A stretch of DNA of 64,000 nt from Octopus vulgaris (Eukaryota). Shown here one piece after another: positions 36,480 through 51,716 of this stretch. Location: assembly GCA_951406725.2 (NCBI GenBank), contig OX597815.1, positions 176,328,001-176,392,000 of the forward strand. Reading direction: 5' to 3'. Every line of letters starts with the position of its first letter. Position 1 is the first letter of the stretch. A program made the position numbers and the translations under genes. Below the pieces are notes generated by a model. It was not told the origin of the DNA. It ran no database searches and was given only the letters and a program-made list of their open reading frames with translations.

Positions 36480-37500
36480 AGACGTGGTAAGGGAAAAAAA
36501 CTGCAGAGAGTGGTGGAATCGGAGACCTGCAAAATCTTATGGGATTTCCCAATCCGAACAGATCAGGTACACAAGCCGGACCAAGCGGAAGTGGACAAGT
36601 GAAACCACATGTACTATATAGCTGATGTCGTGTGCCCTTTTGACCCACGAATAATTAACAAGGAAGGCGAAAAATTCGGCATATACAATCCTCTTAAATA
36701 CGAGATAGCCCGGCAATGGAAATTGAAGACGGTGAAGGCAGTACCAATTATTGTTGGGTCCTTCGGTAGAGTATCAGAAGGCACCAAGAGGAATGTAAAG
36801 AAAATCGAAATAGAGTGCTCAGTAGAGCTGTTACATCATCAGACTAATCGGGAAAGTATTAGATTGTTGAAAAGAATAGATAGAAAGGTACCGTGGGCTG
36901 GCGGAAGTAACCTCGTTGCGCATGCAAGACTCCCGGAGTTTCAACATGAATGAAACAGTGGCATACGTTGTTGCAGAATTTCCCCGGCTGGCCCAGGGAG
37001 AATATAAGAAATTGAGGTATGATCAAGTTGTGAAAGTTTTACTCTAGAAGCTTTGTCAGAAATGGGGATTTGGAGCTGGAAGTACGTGGTATGATCGTCG
37101 TGTAGAAACAGTGATTGAGTCGAAGAAATGCAAAATTTTATGGGATTTTCCAGTTCAAACGGATAAGAAACTAGAAAATAACAAACTAGACATAACAAAA
37201 ATAGACAAGGAAAAGCGAAGTTGCTTGTTTATTGATCCATCATGTCTGTTTGATTACAGGATTGTAAAGAAAGAGTTGGAAAAATATTTAAAAAAATACA
37301 ATCTTTTAAAATTTGAAAATGCAAGAATTTGAAGTATGGAAACTGTAAAAGCTGTGCCTGTAATAACTGGTGCATTAGGAACTGTGAGTAAAGATACAGG
37401 CAAATAGTTGAAGGAGATTGTAGCGGAATGTGTTGTAGAGTTTCTACAGGAGTCTTTTAAACAATTGAAAAGCTATTGGAAGCTTATGGATATCGAAGGT
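36480..37500 (+). mobile_element. Two tandem RLE-LINE 3' fragments
   Basis: IADVVCPFD...YNPLKYEIARQWKLKTVKAVPIIVGSFG (36609-36860) and KILWDFPVQTDKKLENNKLDI..IDKEKRSCLFIDPSCLFD...VITGALG (37111-37390). Confidence 0.85.
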
Positions 37501-38325
37501 TACAAATCAACAACAATGGTTTCAAATTTTGGCACAAGGCCATTAATATTGGGGTAGGGTGCAAGTCGATTTCATAGCCCCAGTATTAAACTGGTACTTA
37601 TTTTATCGACCCCGAAAGAATGAAAGGCAAAGTCGACCTCGGTGGAGTTTGAACTCAGAACGTAAAGACGAACGAAATGTTGCTAAGCATTAGTATTTGC
37701 AGAAATATTACTAATCAACACAATTAATATAAATAACCACACAAAATAAGAGAACGCAGTTTTTTTTTTTTATGAAATTATATGAGAGAAGAAATGTATT
37801 CCTGTGTTGATTAAAAAAAATGATTCAGTATTCTTTTCCCGTGTTGTGTAAAAGTTACACCTCCATTGAATTTTCTTTGCATTTTGACCTTCCAGTTGCA
37901 AATGTAATATATTGATTTGTGATCCATGAGCATTTTCAACAAAATGTTGCCACCGTCACCACCTCTCCCCCAATAACATCAACAAAATAAACAAAACTGC
38001 TACAACATATTTTGAAGTCATTTGGGTTAAGTTTTAAATAGAAATGCCGCCAAACTGTCTTTTAACACTATTGTCAGAGTGACAACAAAATATAAAATAG
38101 TTTTTAGGAAATGATCGAACAATGATCAAAAATGAAGAATAAAAGAAAAATGAAAGAAGAAAGTGTTATGTTGAACATGGAGTTGTTTCTCCAATTTTCG
38201 ATGAATGAAATTCAAATCTACGATTGAAAAGAACACGTTTTTGATCTTTTATAATGTACTTGTTTAGATAGCTAAGCGACCTCTATCATTCCGCTTCCCA
38301 CACGAGAATTTCAACGCTTTAAAAC

Positions 38326-38381
<56 letters not shown>

Positions 38382-38574
38382 TTTTGTATGTATGTATGTA
38401 TGTATGTATGTATGTATGTATGTGTATGTATGTATGTATGTATGTATGTATGTATGTATTTATGTATTTATGTATGTATATGTATGTATGTATATGTATG
38501 TATGTAAATGTATGTATGTGTATATATATATATATATATATGTATATATAGATATATAAATGTGTGTGTTTGTA

Positions 38575-38665
<91 letters not shown>

Positions 38666-40897
38666 AAACACACACATGTCTATGTTGTTTGTTCTTTGGT
38701 TATTTAAATGAAATGCTTCAAGTCAAAAGATCTCAGATATCACGAATAATGAAAAGGATTTTCGTAAACGAAACAAACAAATGAAATATTAAAAAAGAAA
38801 TTCTCTTGCAAAAGGGAGCCTTCATTGAACGATTTTGTGCTCAGCAAAGGAAATCAATATCATTCTTTGCGTCAGAATCAAGTTGGAATTTGTTATGTGT
38901 CAGTTGTTCGTTAAATATTTGCTTTACCTCTGCATTGACTTTACAATTTTTTTTAACAAAGTAACAAATTCTTGGTGTTACATGAATGAAAACGTTAGGC
39001 TAAGATCTTGGTAACCCGGTTTACATTAACATCTAATGCAAACTCATTTTATTATGACGATGAGGTTCTTGAAAATATTGCACATCTCAATATTCCGTTC
39101 TCTCTTCTTACAAAAAATAAATTCGTGTCATTCTTCCTTCCGTTATCATTTACAAATAAGGCAAATTAATAATTTCTTACTATACGTGATTTCGTTCTAT
39201 GTCAAATTTCTAACCTACTATTTGTATACATTATACTCCTGTGGTACTAGCAAATGTATGACACACACACCCATACCCCACAACCACGTCATTTTTCAGT
39301 AGGCCTATATTGAAAGTGTTTTGTCTTCTGTTCCTAAATACACGAATGTCTGAGTTTTAGATGACTTACAAAGGAGTCAGACATTTTAGATTCAACAGGT
39401 AATAACTTTGGATTAAAAAATAATCAGTCACCATTAGTTACTTTATCTACAAGGACTTCAAAGGACTTGTACAATTTTACCAAAAGCAGAAGGCTCAGTT
39501 TTATCGTTAATATATTTACGACATGGGAATATATATGTGTGTATATATATATATATTTACATATAGTTGGAATTTACAAAAAAACAAAAAACAAAACAAA
39601 ACAAAAGACGAAGACGAGTGTGTAAACAACAAACAGATGTGTTAGTTTAACGCTCGGGAAGTGAGAAAGTCTTTTACGTTTCGAACCTACGCTCTTTAAC
39701 GAAAGGAACACAGAAATAAGCAGAGAGAGAAAATTAAAAAAAAAGTTTTAGTGGCTAACGATCAATCATAGCGAATGCCGGACAGAGGTGGTCAGACAGG
39801 AGAGCTAGGAGATATAAAAAAGTAGTGGGTCCACAAGATTCTTAAAACCAGAATTTGTCAATGGAAAAGTTAATTCCTTTCTACAGAGTATGTCAAAGAC
39901 CTGACGTCTTACGTCCTCTTTTTATTTGTAGATTAGAGAATTAATTGTATTTGCAAAGAACATGGGCCGACGTATATTATCAGTAATATAATCAGCTATT
40001 ACAACTCTCGAACTGAGATGTATACATAGTGATGATAGAATTGAATTATAAGGAAAAACAATTTATATACGCTTTCTGTTGGTGTTTCCCCTGCAGCATG
40101 TTGTGGAGAGTAGGTCAATGCAGTTACGTGTGATTTACTGCTGAAGTGGCAAAATAACACAAAGCGACAAAAATGAAACATCAGAATAACAAATAAGCGT
40201 TAACTTGTAGCCATGTTGATGGTTTAAGTTTTATTGCTTAACCACGCGCGTTTACTTGTTCATAAATCTTCGTCAGATTGACTGGTTTGTGTTTTTATCG
40301 ATAAACTGGTTTAAAAGAAGAACTTTAGGATTTTGAGAAAGAAACACACATTTATTGTTCTGGCTGCTTTCATGTGTCTAATTTAGCATGTGGTTCGGGT
40401 TAGGGTTGTGTTTCTTAATAGAGTGAGCCTTCATAGCTTAATGGTTTACAGTATTTGGGTCTTCCATTTAGACCTGTATTATTATATTTCCTCAAAATGT
40501 GACGGAACACTAAACCGAAAGCCTTGTATAAAACTTCTGATATTCTTGCGTTAAGCTCCCGCTCTTTTCCATCTAATTTACATGTTTCCATATTGACAGG
40601 GCAGTTTGTAAACAAAATGTTTTTTTTTTATTTTTGGCAATTAGTCCCTGTCTCTTCTCTAATCCGATTTCTCCCTCAGGTCAGGTATAGGGGCGAAATG
40701 CTAAGCGGTATTTCGTCTGCCCCTGCGTTCTGAGTTCAAATTCCGCCGAGGTCGACTTTGCCTTTCATCCTTTCGGGGTCGATAAATTAAGTACCAGTTA
40801 CGCACTGGGGTCGATATAATCTACTTAATCCGTCTGTTTGTCCTTGTTTGTCTCCTCTGTGTTTAGCCTCTTGTAGGTAGAAAAGAAATAGGTATAG

Positions 40898-41150
40898 GGG
40901 TCATGCGCCGTTGCAGCGTGTTGCTGCATTCACCATTTGTCGGTATATCCTGGGGCCCTCCCTGGCGACCCTTTCAGCAGAGTCCCACTCAGTCCACATC
41001 TCTGTAAGATCCTTCACCATCTGACGTAATCGTGGGGCATCTGGTTGGCCAACACAAGTGATCAACCCTGCCGGATCCTCAGTGAAGGGAACACGGCAAG
41101 CAGGGTCTAACTCGGCAAATCGAGGAACATGGTTGAACAGTCTGAGTTGT
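40898..41150 (-). mobile_element. RTE-clade LINE 3' end (second family)
   Basis: Minus strand QLRLFNHVPRFAELDPACRV...YRQMVNAATRCNGA*, a typical RTE C-terminus. Confidence 0.7.
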
Positions 41151-43337
41151 GTGATTTCTCAATTCTCATTAATTAATTTCCTAGTTTATCGGTAAGAACA
41201 CAAACCAGCCCTGACGAAGGGTTATAAACTGAAAGGCTCACACAACTAAGCAATAACTATTTTCAGTTGACAGTTATTTAATATTTGTTATTCCAGGAGA
41301 GTCAAAGTTATTTAATCATTTTTCTGTAACTCATTGCTATCACCTAATATAGAAATGTTTATATATTTTTTCTAGTCTAGGAGCAAGATCCGAAATTAAT
41401 GGGGATGGGACCAGTCGATAAGATCGACTCTAGTACGCAACTGGTACCTAATTTATCGACCCCCGAAACGATGAAAGGTAGAGTCAACCTCGGCGGAATT
41501 TGAACTTAGTACGTAAGACAGACGAAATACCTATTTCTTTACGGCCCACAAGGGGCTACACACAGAAAGAACAAACAAGGACAGACAAACGCATTAAGTC
41601 TATTATATCTACCCCAGTGCGTAACTGGTACTTATGTAATCGACCCCGAAAGGATGAATGGCAAAGTCGACCTCGGCGGAATTTGAACTCAGAACGTAAC
41701 GGCAGACGAAATACTGCTAAGCATTTCGTCGGCGTGCTAACGATTCTGCCAGCTCGCCGCCTTATGTATATATTGTGTATAAAATGTTGCTATGCATTGT
41801 AACAAAGATATCTTGTAAATCATGTTAATTCAGGCTTGTCATGAACTTAACATGACGTACAAAACCATTAGTTTTGTACAAGGCTGTTGTACAAGGCTGT
41901 TATATGTGACTGTTGTACAAGGCTCATGGTAGGGATTTCGACTGGAATACGCTGGATGATCTTTCAATTGAAACCTGGCATGTAATTATATATTGAGCGT
42001 AAAGGAAGATTTTGATCGTTGAAGGGATAAAAAGGCTATTTTGATCCTTGGAGGGATAAATGTAGATTGATGAAGAAATATCGAGATTGGATCGAGAGAT
42101 AAGTTGCTTATGATGATCTTTTTGTCCATTGTTTAATGTTTCTGATTTCGAATCATGTCATGATTAACTTTCATTTTTCTTTTCTGTGCATATTTAAATA
42201 AGCAACAATAATTAAGGGTCACCGGGTCCAGTTCCATCTCTGTCTGCTTGTCTGTCTGTCAGTCTCTCTCTCTTTCTTTAATCCTTGTCTCCAAAGTTGA
42301 AATTGACAAAAATATCATCACAATAATGCACAAGCACCAATTTTTTTCGGAAGACAGTTCATCCAGGGCATTGCATCGCTCGCTGGGTTTCAAAAATAAA
42401 ACGCTGTCAACTGCGAACAGAATACATTTAGCCATTTGTGCAACAAACGCAAGGAATTAGTATTTTTCGATGTGATAAACAATTGGAAAACAACTGTCAA
42501 TCGCTGTATTTCAGGGAGCTTAGCTGGCTTTATAGAAATATTCTGATAAACTCGAATGCTAATTTGCTGACGTTTTTATGTTATACAACTCGGATTTGAC
42601 TTTCACCTTTGACATAAAGGGCAGAAATCAAAATTTTTGGTCCAAGGCACTTTCTCATTACTTGGGAATATACTTTCTTAAATGGTAAATGTTACTGGTT
42701 TAAACACAATGGATTGTTTTATTTGATTTGCCATACTTCATGTTTCTAACGTTGCTAAGTTCCGATACATACATACACCTACACACATACACTATACACA
42801 TGCACACAATTTAGTCACAGTGATACACACATACACACACATGTGCACACACCACGTGAAAAAGCACAACCAACTGTTACACACAACACAGGCACACACA
42901 CATGTCAAATTCACTCACCACATCCATACATACACACTTACACACTCACAAACAGCATTCTGACATACACACACACGCTTGCGCACCCCCTCTTGTTGGG
43001 ATCACCATGAATTATCTCCCCATTATTCAAGTTTATCCTATTTATTAACTCCCTTTGATTCAACCTCATTTTCCCCAATCATTCGCCCTGTTGGACCACT
43101 GAACTCAACACCTTTTTCCATTCTGTATTTATTTCCTCTAATTCCTTTCAGCCGATGAGCGTAGGCTTGAAACGTAAAACCCTTTTCCATTTTCCCGAGC
43201 GTCAAACTAATACACTTGCTTGTTGTTCCTACACGTGTTTTCGTCTTTTGTTTTTCTATAAATTTCAACTGTTATATATATATATATATATACACGCACA
43301 CACACATATATAAATATACATACACACACATACTCAC

Positions 43338-43390
<53 letters not shown>

Positions 43391-43461
43391 CACACATACA
43401 TATATATATATATGTGCATGCATATGTGCATATATACGCTTGCATACGTGTATGTGTGTGT

Positions 43462-43495
<34 letters not shown>

Positions 43496-43943
43496 AAATG
43501 CCAGACCATTCCTTTTCCAGCCACTAGCATCTGAATGAGTTAATCAATCGAGTTTAAAGGGTGTAGATAATTCAGCTATACTACTTACAACTGAAAATGC
43601 GTTGACGGTTACATGGAATCTATAATGTTTACGCCATCGCATAAATGTCAACTGCATTCGCTCCATGTAATTTTCATCACATGTGATTTTAAAGATAACT
43701 AAGCAGACTCTTCTTCTTCTTCTTCTCCTCCTCCTCCTCCTTCTTCTTCTTCTTCTTCTTCTTCTTCTTCTTCTTCTTCTTCTTCTTCTTCTTCTTCTTC
43801 TTCTTCTTCTTCTTCTTCTACTTCTTCTTCTTCTCCTTCTTCTTCTTCTTCTTCTTCTTCTTCTCCTCTTCTTCTCCCTCCTCCTCCTCCTCCTTCTTCT
43901 TCTTCTTCTTCTTCTTCTTCTTCTTCTTCTTCTTCTTCTTCTT

Positions 43944-43974
<31 letters not shown>

Positions 43975-44189
43975 AGGTAGCAAGCTGGCAGAACCATTAA
44001 CATGCCAGGCAAAATACGTGGCGGCATTTCGTCCGTCCTTATGTTCTGAGTTCAAATTCCGCCTTTGGTCCTTTCGGGGTCGATAAATCAAGTACCAGTT
44101 GAGTACTGTGGTCGATGTAATCGACTCATCCCCTACCCCCTCAAAAACGTCAGGCCTTGTGCCTTAAGTAGAAAGAATTATTATTACTG

Positions 44190-44411
44190 TTACTATTTAT
44201 TGTCTTTGCACAGCTTCAAATACTGGAGATGTACTACATTATCAGCTACCAGTTAACTCGGACTACACCTCCTATATTTCGAGCACCATCCGGAGTATTC
44301 GAGCGGTTCCAAGCAGTGTTGTTTTCTCTAAGTGTTCCAACCTTATTGCAGCCCCTATTATTTCCATGTACATTTCAAGATTTTTACTTACTGTTCCCTG
44401 GGCTCCGACAT
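44190..44411 (-). mobile_element. RLE-LINE (R4/Dong-like) 3' end flanked by (TTA)n
   Basis: VGAQGTVSKNLEMYMEIIGAAIRLEHLEKTTLLGTARILRMVLEI*. Confidence 0.8.
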
Positions 44412-44421
44412 ATTATTATTA

Positions 44422-44458
<37 letters not shown>

Positions 44459-44494
44459 CATTATTATTATTATTATTATTATTACTATTATTAC

Positions 44495-44560
<66 letters not shown>

Positions 44561-44561
44561 T

Positions 44562-44595
<34 letters not shown>

Positions 44596-45030
44596 GAGCG
44601 AGAGTGCAGCGCATGCCATCAAAGTGACACTGGAGCACAAATATATGAAGCCCAATATACCCATCATGATTACCCGACTAATAAGGGTACACCGGGCACA
44701 TGCATCACAACCATATGTGCACAACATGGTAATCTCATATGAAAATAAACAACGCATGTCCTTGCATGTGGGACCCAGTTAGAATTTTCTTCAATGCTCA
44801 ACTGGTACTTATTTCATCGGTTCCGAAAGGATGAAAGGCAAAGTTGACCCCGGCAGCATTTGAACAGAGAGCGTAAAGTCTGAAGAAATACTGTTAAATA
44901 TTTTTGCCCGACGCCGTAACGATTCTGCTAGCTCTCCGCTTTGCTTTGTGTCTATATTGGAAAACATTTTATGCCAAACTAATTCAGAAGATGAGAAGGG
45001 ACTTAGTCTTTTGCTGTATGTCTATAATGC

Positions 45031-45425
45031 AGGCGCAGGAGTGGCTGTGTGGTAAGTAGCTTGCTAACCAACCACATGGTTCCGGGTTCCGTGGCATCTT
45101 GGGCAAGTGTCTTCTGCTATAGCCCCGGGCCGACCAATGCCTTGTGAGTGGATTTGATAGACGGAAACTGAAAGAAGCTTGTCGTATTTATGTATATATA
45201 TATATATGTATGTGTGTTTGTGTGTCTGTGTTTGTCCCCCTAGCATTGCTTGACAACCGATGCTGGTGTGTTTACGTCCCCGTCACTTAGCGGTTCGGCA
45301 AAAGAGACTGATAGAATAAGTACTGGGCTTACAAGTCCCGGGGTCGATTTGCTCGACTAAAGGCGGTGCTCCAGCATGGCCGCAGTCAAATGACTGAAAC
45401 AAGTAAAAGAGAAAGAGTAAAGAGA
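45031..45425 (+). mobile_element. Family B tRNA/CORE-type SINE, near full length
   Basis: GGCGCAGGAGTGGCTGTGTGGTAAG head, CORE-like ATCTTGGGCAAGTGTCTT, internal (TA/TG)n and a (TAAAAGAG)n tail. Confidence 0.88.
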
Positions 45426-46631
45426 ATAACAAGTTAGTCATGCGCAATCAATGTGAATGAATCTATGGTCACAGGAAGAGTTTAATTCAGTCGGCAAGCA
45501 AATAAAATCATAGTTTCTTTTATAGAATTGCCACTGTTTGCAGAAATGAAGTGTTCTTCGGTTGTAGTGAACCCATTAATAGTTTGGTGCTCTTATCTAT
45601 TGAAAATTAACTGTTCTTTTTGTGGTTAGGTTGCAACGATAGCATTGACAGAGAAATAAACCATTAACAGTCAATACAGAATTAGCTCCCCCTGCTCCTG
45701 CTCATTTAAGTCCCGTTAAGTTTCACTACATTACATATTTATATATATCCGATATATAGTCTATGCTGTTAGAAAATCTAGATGTGAAACAAAATTTACA
45801 GGAAACGTATGAGAAAGCATCAGTAGAAATGAGTTTTTGAATTTTAGATTCATAACAAACATCTCGTTTTTGCATTGTTATTGATAGCTCCTTCATTTCA
45901 CTAATAACTTTCCGTGTCTCATGAAAACGATACACATTTCAACAATATTCGACACATGATTAAAGTTAACACTTTCAAACCATCTCACGCCATGGAAATA
46001 AACTCTCGTTTTTGTTTCTTTTGCTTCTTCCTCATTTCGTTTTTGACATGACACTCCTAGCAGAATAAAAAAAAAACAACCAAAAAAATATAAAAGAAAG
46101 ACTATAATCTTCACAAGAACTGCAATTTCATGTCAGCTTGCTTACTGAAGCTATATCAACAATATTATAAATATGGCCGGAAGAGAAATCGATAAGCTGT
46201 TTATTTGTAGAAAACAAACTAAAAATAAAGAGGAAGATGAATAACATGACATAGAACAAAAGAAAAAAACGAAGAATAAATAAAGTTTATCTGTAGGGTT
46301 TCCCATTCTATGTGAGGTGTGGCAGGACTGAAATAAGCCTGATCGGAAACAATGACCAAATGGATAACTTCTTATTCGCTCGTTCTTAAGCAACAACAGC
46401 AACAACAACAACGACAATAACAACAATAACAATCCAATTTAAATTAAGATTTTAAATTGGATCCTGAAAACGAAAATAAAAGATACAAAAATACATTAGC
46501 AAATTCTAATATTGTACTCATTTAGATTGTATTTTGACATTTTACACTGACAGAGATTCATTTTAATATCGACATTTTCCAAACGTCATTTTCCTGGAAA
46601 TAACTTGTACCAAAGAAAAATATCAGCCTAT

Positions 46632-47575
46632 AAGTTGGAAATGGAAAAAAATATTGGAATTAAAACTGCTTCCTTTATTTCATCTATTTTTAATACATTT
46701 GTTTACCTTCACTAACCGCAATGTTTATAAAGACAATGCAAGAAGATCGTGTGTCATTCAGACACTTTTGAAAGCATAAACATTCTGGCAAAAGTGAGGT
46801 GAAAGAATTCCTGTCATCGAGAACAGATACAGGGTTTCGCACTCTGATCGCCGCCCGTACGTTAATGTTTTCCTATGATGCACGTCAGTATCACTGATAA
46901 ATATCGGTTTCACTTGAATAGAAAAACATGCGAACACCGAATGATAAACTCTGTTGCAATAATGCCCTTCCTACATGCATTAACTGTGTAAATTGTTGAT
47001 GCTTTTGAATGTCGGTCCTGATACAAATTGCTTTCTGCTCAAAGACATACCAGTTCTGGCCATCCAGTCTTACTATTAGGGGATAGTATATCCGGGATTA
47101 CATAATATAACAGTTGTGTCTGGGGAGAGTCATTCTCTTTTAGTGCCTTATAATCTAACACACTCACCGGTAAAATTTCCACTCATTTCTTTTTTCATTT
47201 TTCTAAACTTTTCGTTGTGTCTTGCAACCTTTTCAATAGTTTTGACTCTATGCGAGTTGTGGCAGGATTGGAAACAGTTTTGCCAGAATGTTTATGCTTT
47301 AAAAAGTGTATGAATGACACACGATCTTCTTACCTTGTCTTTAGTGAAGATTAGTAAAAGTAAACAAATGTATTAAAAATAGATGAAATAAAGGAAGCAG
47401 TTTAATTCCAATATTTTTTTTCGTTTCGAACTTACAGAGAGTCAAAACTATTGAAAAGGTTGTAAGACGCAACGAACACTTTAGAAAAATAAAAATAAGA
47501 AATAAGTGGAAATTTCACTGGTGAGTGTGTTAAATTATAAAGCACTAAAAGAGAATGACTCTCCCCAGACATAAC
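46632..47575. repeat. Double inverted-repeat module (Penelope pseudo-LTR-like)
   Basis: 46632-46793 is inverted at 47278-47433, and 47115-47249 is inverted at 47438-47572. A decayed hammerhead-like core lies on the minus strand at 46826-46892. Confidence 0.8.
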
Positions 47576-48304
47576 AGAGTATGCTTCAACTCACGAACCC
47601 ACATAAAGAATCTTGCAAACCAAATCCAAAAGCGAAATAATATAACAGGTGTAATTTTAAGAAAACTTAGCACCTATTTCTTACAAGTCGAAATTCAAAC
47701 GTTGGTTCGGTTTTATTGAGGGGATATGGCTACAAGGGAGAAATGTACCCGAGTTGCACCCTCGATTAGTAAGCGTTTATATGCAATTATGCAGTCTTAG
47801 TCATATCACCTCAGTTTATGGAGTGCTAGAGTGACGGATACACTTGATTAACTCACCTGCTCTGTTATGAGAGTGTTGAACTGAAGGGTGCAGAGAAAAG
47901 ACAGCAGCCGCTTCATTCTGGGTACTTGCCAACAACTTTGTTGAAAATGTAATTTATTCCTTTAAAAGGTTTCTGGCAAATCTGGTCTACAATACTTTTG
48001 AAACTGTTGGAGAGTACTAATTCTTTTTTTTAATTTAATAGAATTTATAGACGTGGGTGCTGTGATTATATTCAGCACATTAAGTTTGGTTCTATGCGAA
48101 AATATTTTGTGAACTCCCCGACGCCCCCAGGAATGTAAAACGGAGCTATTCCAAAAGGAATCGTACTTCAAAGATTATTGTTATTATTCATCAAAGTGCA
48201 ATGGTAGAAACATTTATTTAAATTTAAAAGTTAATAAAGGATAGGAAAAGTAATCATAAATACATTTAGTTGTAATTAGATATATGTTGCTATATTTATG
48301 TGAA

Positions 48305-48645
48305 GGCGCATGGCTCAGTGGTTAGAGCGTCGAGCTTACGATCGTGAGGTTGTGAGCTCGAATCCCGGACCGGGCTGCGTGTTGTGTTCTTGAGCAAGAC
48401 ACTTTATTTCACGTTGCTCCAGTTCACTCAGCTGTAGAAATGAGTTGCGACGTCACTGGTGTCAAGCTGTATCGGCCCCTTTGCCTTTCCCTTGGACAAC
48501 ATCGGTGACGTGGAGAGGGGAGGCCGGTATGCATGGGCGACTGCTGGTCTTCCATAAACAACCTTGCCCGGACTTGTGTCTAGGAGGGTAACTTTCTAGA
48601 TGCAATCCCATGGTCATTCATGACCGAAGGGGGTCTTTACCCTTA
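48305..48645 (+). mobile_element. Family D tRNA-derived SINE, full length
   Basis: GGCGCATGGCTCAGTGGTTAGAGCG...TCGAATCCC tRNA-like head, then GTGTTCTTGAGCAAGACACTTTATTTCACG. The 3' half differs from the copy at 290-598. Confidence 0.85.
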
Positions 48646-49669
48646 TTTATAATAATGTCCATATCTATATCAATATTCATAAATACACTTTCTTATAGCC
48701 ATGCAAATGTTTAGAGTTCTATGCATATATTTATAATCGTACATATGCATACACATATGCTTATAGTAATACATACACACATATATTTGCAATCATATTT
48801 ACATATTCATACATTTACACACACACACACATGCATATACACGCACTCATACTCACTCACGCAAGGCAGTGAATTTGTAGATCCTTTGCCTTCGAGTATT
48901 TTCTTGTGTCCTTTTGCGTTCCAAGTCAAATCTCATCGAAGCCAATTCTGCCTTCCACCCATCGATAAATTAAGTATCGGGTTCTGTTAAGCTTGTTCTA
49001 CTTTTCAACGTGTCCACGACAACCCTAGAATTAAATAATAAAACGACAACGCAGAGCATGCATTTATACATACACACATCTGTTACTTATCTGCTTCAGG
49101 GATTTTCTCTTTGGGGTTCTTGAATGGAATACACACACATACGGTGTACACATACAGCCCCATACATAAACTGTAAAGAAGCACTCATGTACTAAAGTGA
49201 CATGTACGCCGCAAACATGTATTCAAGTTAATCATTTCAAGCACGAACACTTTCATAAATGCACACACTGACCAATCTCCATAACTGCAACAAACCAAAA
49301 CTTTTTCATTTAAGCCTAAGTGTCACTTTTTTTCATTTACCGGCTTCAGTTCTGCAACCCCGCGCCGCAAAAAACGCACCTTTCGGAGTTGATCAGTTTT
49401 CGGAACTAACGCAACAATTACTGATTGTGGGAGTCTACACGTTTAGTAAAGACAAATTAATTAAGAACCTTAATTAAGAACCTACGCACACACACATAAA
49501 GGCATATATATATATGTATATGTGTGCATAATACACACATATATGTGCGTGTGTGCGTGTGCATGTGTATGAATGTGTGTATACAGACACACATCGCACA
49601 CATATTTAGATAAATGTATACATACATATAAACAGAGAGAGAAAGAGAGAGAGAGAGAGAGAAAAAGAA

Positions 49670-49715
<46 letters not shown>

Positions 49716-49922
49716 TATTTATTAATATTTACTTATATACATACAGAGATATGTATGTGTATGTGTGTGTGTTGTGTAACTTAATACAATAAAGTGTTTC
49801 CTGACCGGTTTTGGTTGACTATCGAAGTACACTTGGAACATCCTATGCGGGATTCCAAGCAACCATAATGGTGAAACGTACGTAGGATGTAGTAATGCAA
49901 ACTTGTATTTATCTTGATTCTT

Positions 49923-49972
<50 letters not shown>

Positions 49973-50702
49973 TCCGTGTCCCCGTGTATGTACAACGTAC
50001 AGTTATCGATTATTGAAAGAACAAAGAGTACGTTTGATGATTGGTTTTAAGGTCGGAACCATTCACAATAAAACATTATCTATTTATCCAGCGACATGTC
50101 TGAATATCTGAATATCTCGAGTTACATGTTAACTTACTGTCATGTGATTCTGTTGTGCTGGTCAATAAGTTTCCAGTAAGTACACTCGATGCTTCTCACA
50201 CTGAACATATATTCTAAGTGAATTTCTGCGCATAAATTTACCCTGAGCCAATGAGACGAACAGAACAAAACAGCGAAGTGTGCTTATGTTCTCAAAGCAT
50301 AACGTGATGGTCCGGCGCCTGTTAGTACAGCTTATTGACATCACCGGTTTTAAGTAAATTCTATTCGTCTACATTATATTTATTGTTTATTCTTCACTTC
50401 TACCTAAATAGATCGACAACAATTATGCTGTTGAAGGAAATTTTGTGAAGTATATTAGTAAACGTAAAGTGTGTGAAAGCCCTCTTGTCTGTGTGTATAA
50501 ATATATATATATATATATGAGAATTTTTTGCGTGGTTTTTTTATCTTATTACGCAAAAAATTCTTATATGCACACGCTGACATAGAACCAACATTGAACC
50601 CTTTATTCGCAATATTACCGAATCTGGAACTTAACTATGGTCTCTCTATAGCACTTATTCAGCATTACCTGACACCTTTGGGTCTCAATGACAACATTAT
50701 AT

Positions 50703-50741
<39 letters not shown>

Positions 50742-51042
50742 GTTAGAAAACAGAGAGATCTAATGGATACGAATTAATTTATTAATTAATCAACATATTC
50801 ACCAACAATTGTTTCATTTCACAAACAAAATTAAAATTGCAAGACCTATATAAATATATAATTTTCCATTTTAAATGCTTTGTATGGAAAATCGTCGGGG
50901 GAATGCCGAGGATAATAAGGATTACATTAGGATACTTTTGGAATAATGCAGAATATACATACATGTTTATTATGTGTGTATGTATACGTATGTGTGTGTG
51001 TACGTATGCGTTAAAATTATTTCTTTTATTTCAATTCATTTC

Positions 51043-51081
<39 letters not shown>

Positions 51082-51600
51082 CATGAATGATGGTTTATAT
51101 TATATACGGTTCAAGTAATATAATGAATAAAAGAAAAAGAAAATTTATGTTCATGGAATAAAATAAAGTAAAAATGAAACAAAATTTATACTTATGTTTG
51201 TACACGTGCGTTTGTATACGCACCTACGTACATGTACACAAGTATATATATACTCTTTACTCTTTTACTCTTTTACTTGTTTCAGTCATTTGACTGCTGC
51301 CATGCTGGAGCACCGCCTTTAGTCGAGCAACTTGACCCCGGGACTTATTCTTTTGTAAGCCCAGTATTTATTCTATCGGTCTCTTTTTGCCGAACCGCTA
51401 TGTGACAGGGACGTAAACACACCAGCATTGGTTGTCAAGCAATGCTAGGGGAACAAACACAGACACACAAACACACACACAAGGCATTGGTCGGCCCGGG
51501 GCTATAGCAGAAGACACTCGCCCAAGATGCCACGCAGTGGGACTGAACCCGGAACCATGTGGTTGGTTAGCAAGCTACTTACCACACAGCCACTCCTGCG

Positions 51601-51716
<116 letters not shown>

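Noticed and set aside
41207-41238. Active hammerhead AGCC-CTGACGA-AG-GGTT(ata)AACT-GAAA-GGCT
   Set aside because: Stem III and the cleavage triplet are missing; counted only as a decayed relic.
45726-46114. Two short minus-strand ORFs as exons of a second gene
   Set aside because: No recognisable domain and no consistent splice or phase pattern.
48305-48376. tRNA gene
   Set aside because: No proper acceptor stem or terminator; it continues directly into a SINE body seen elsewhere in the window.
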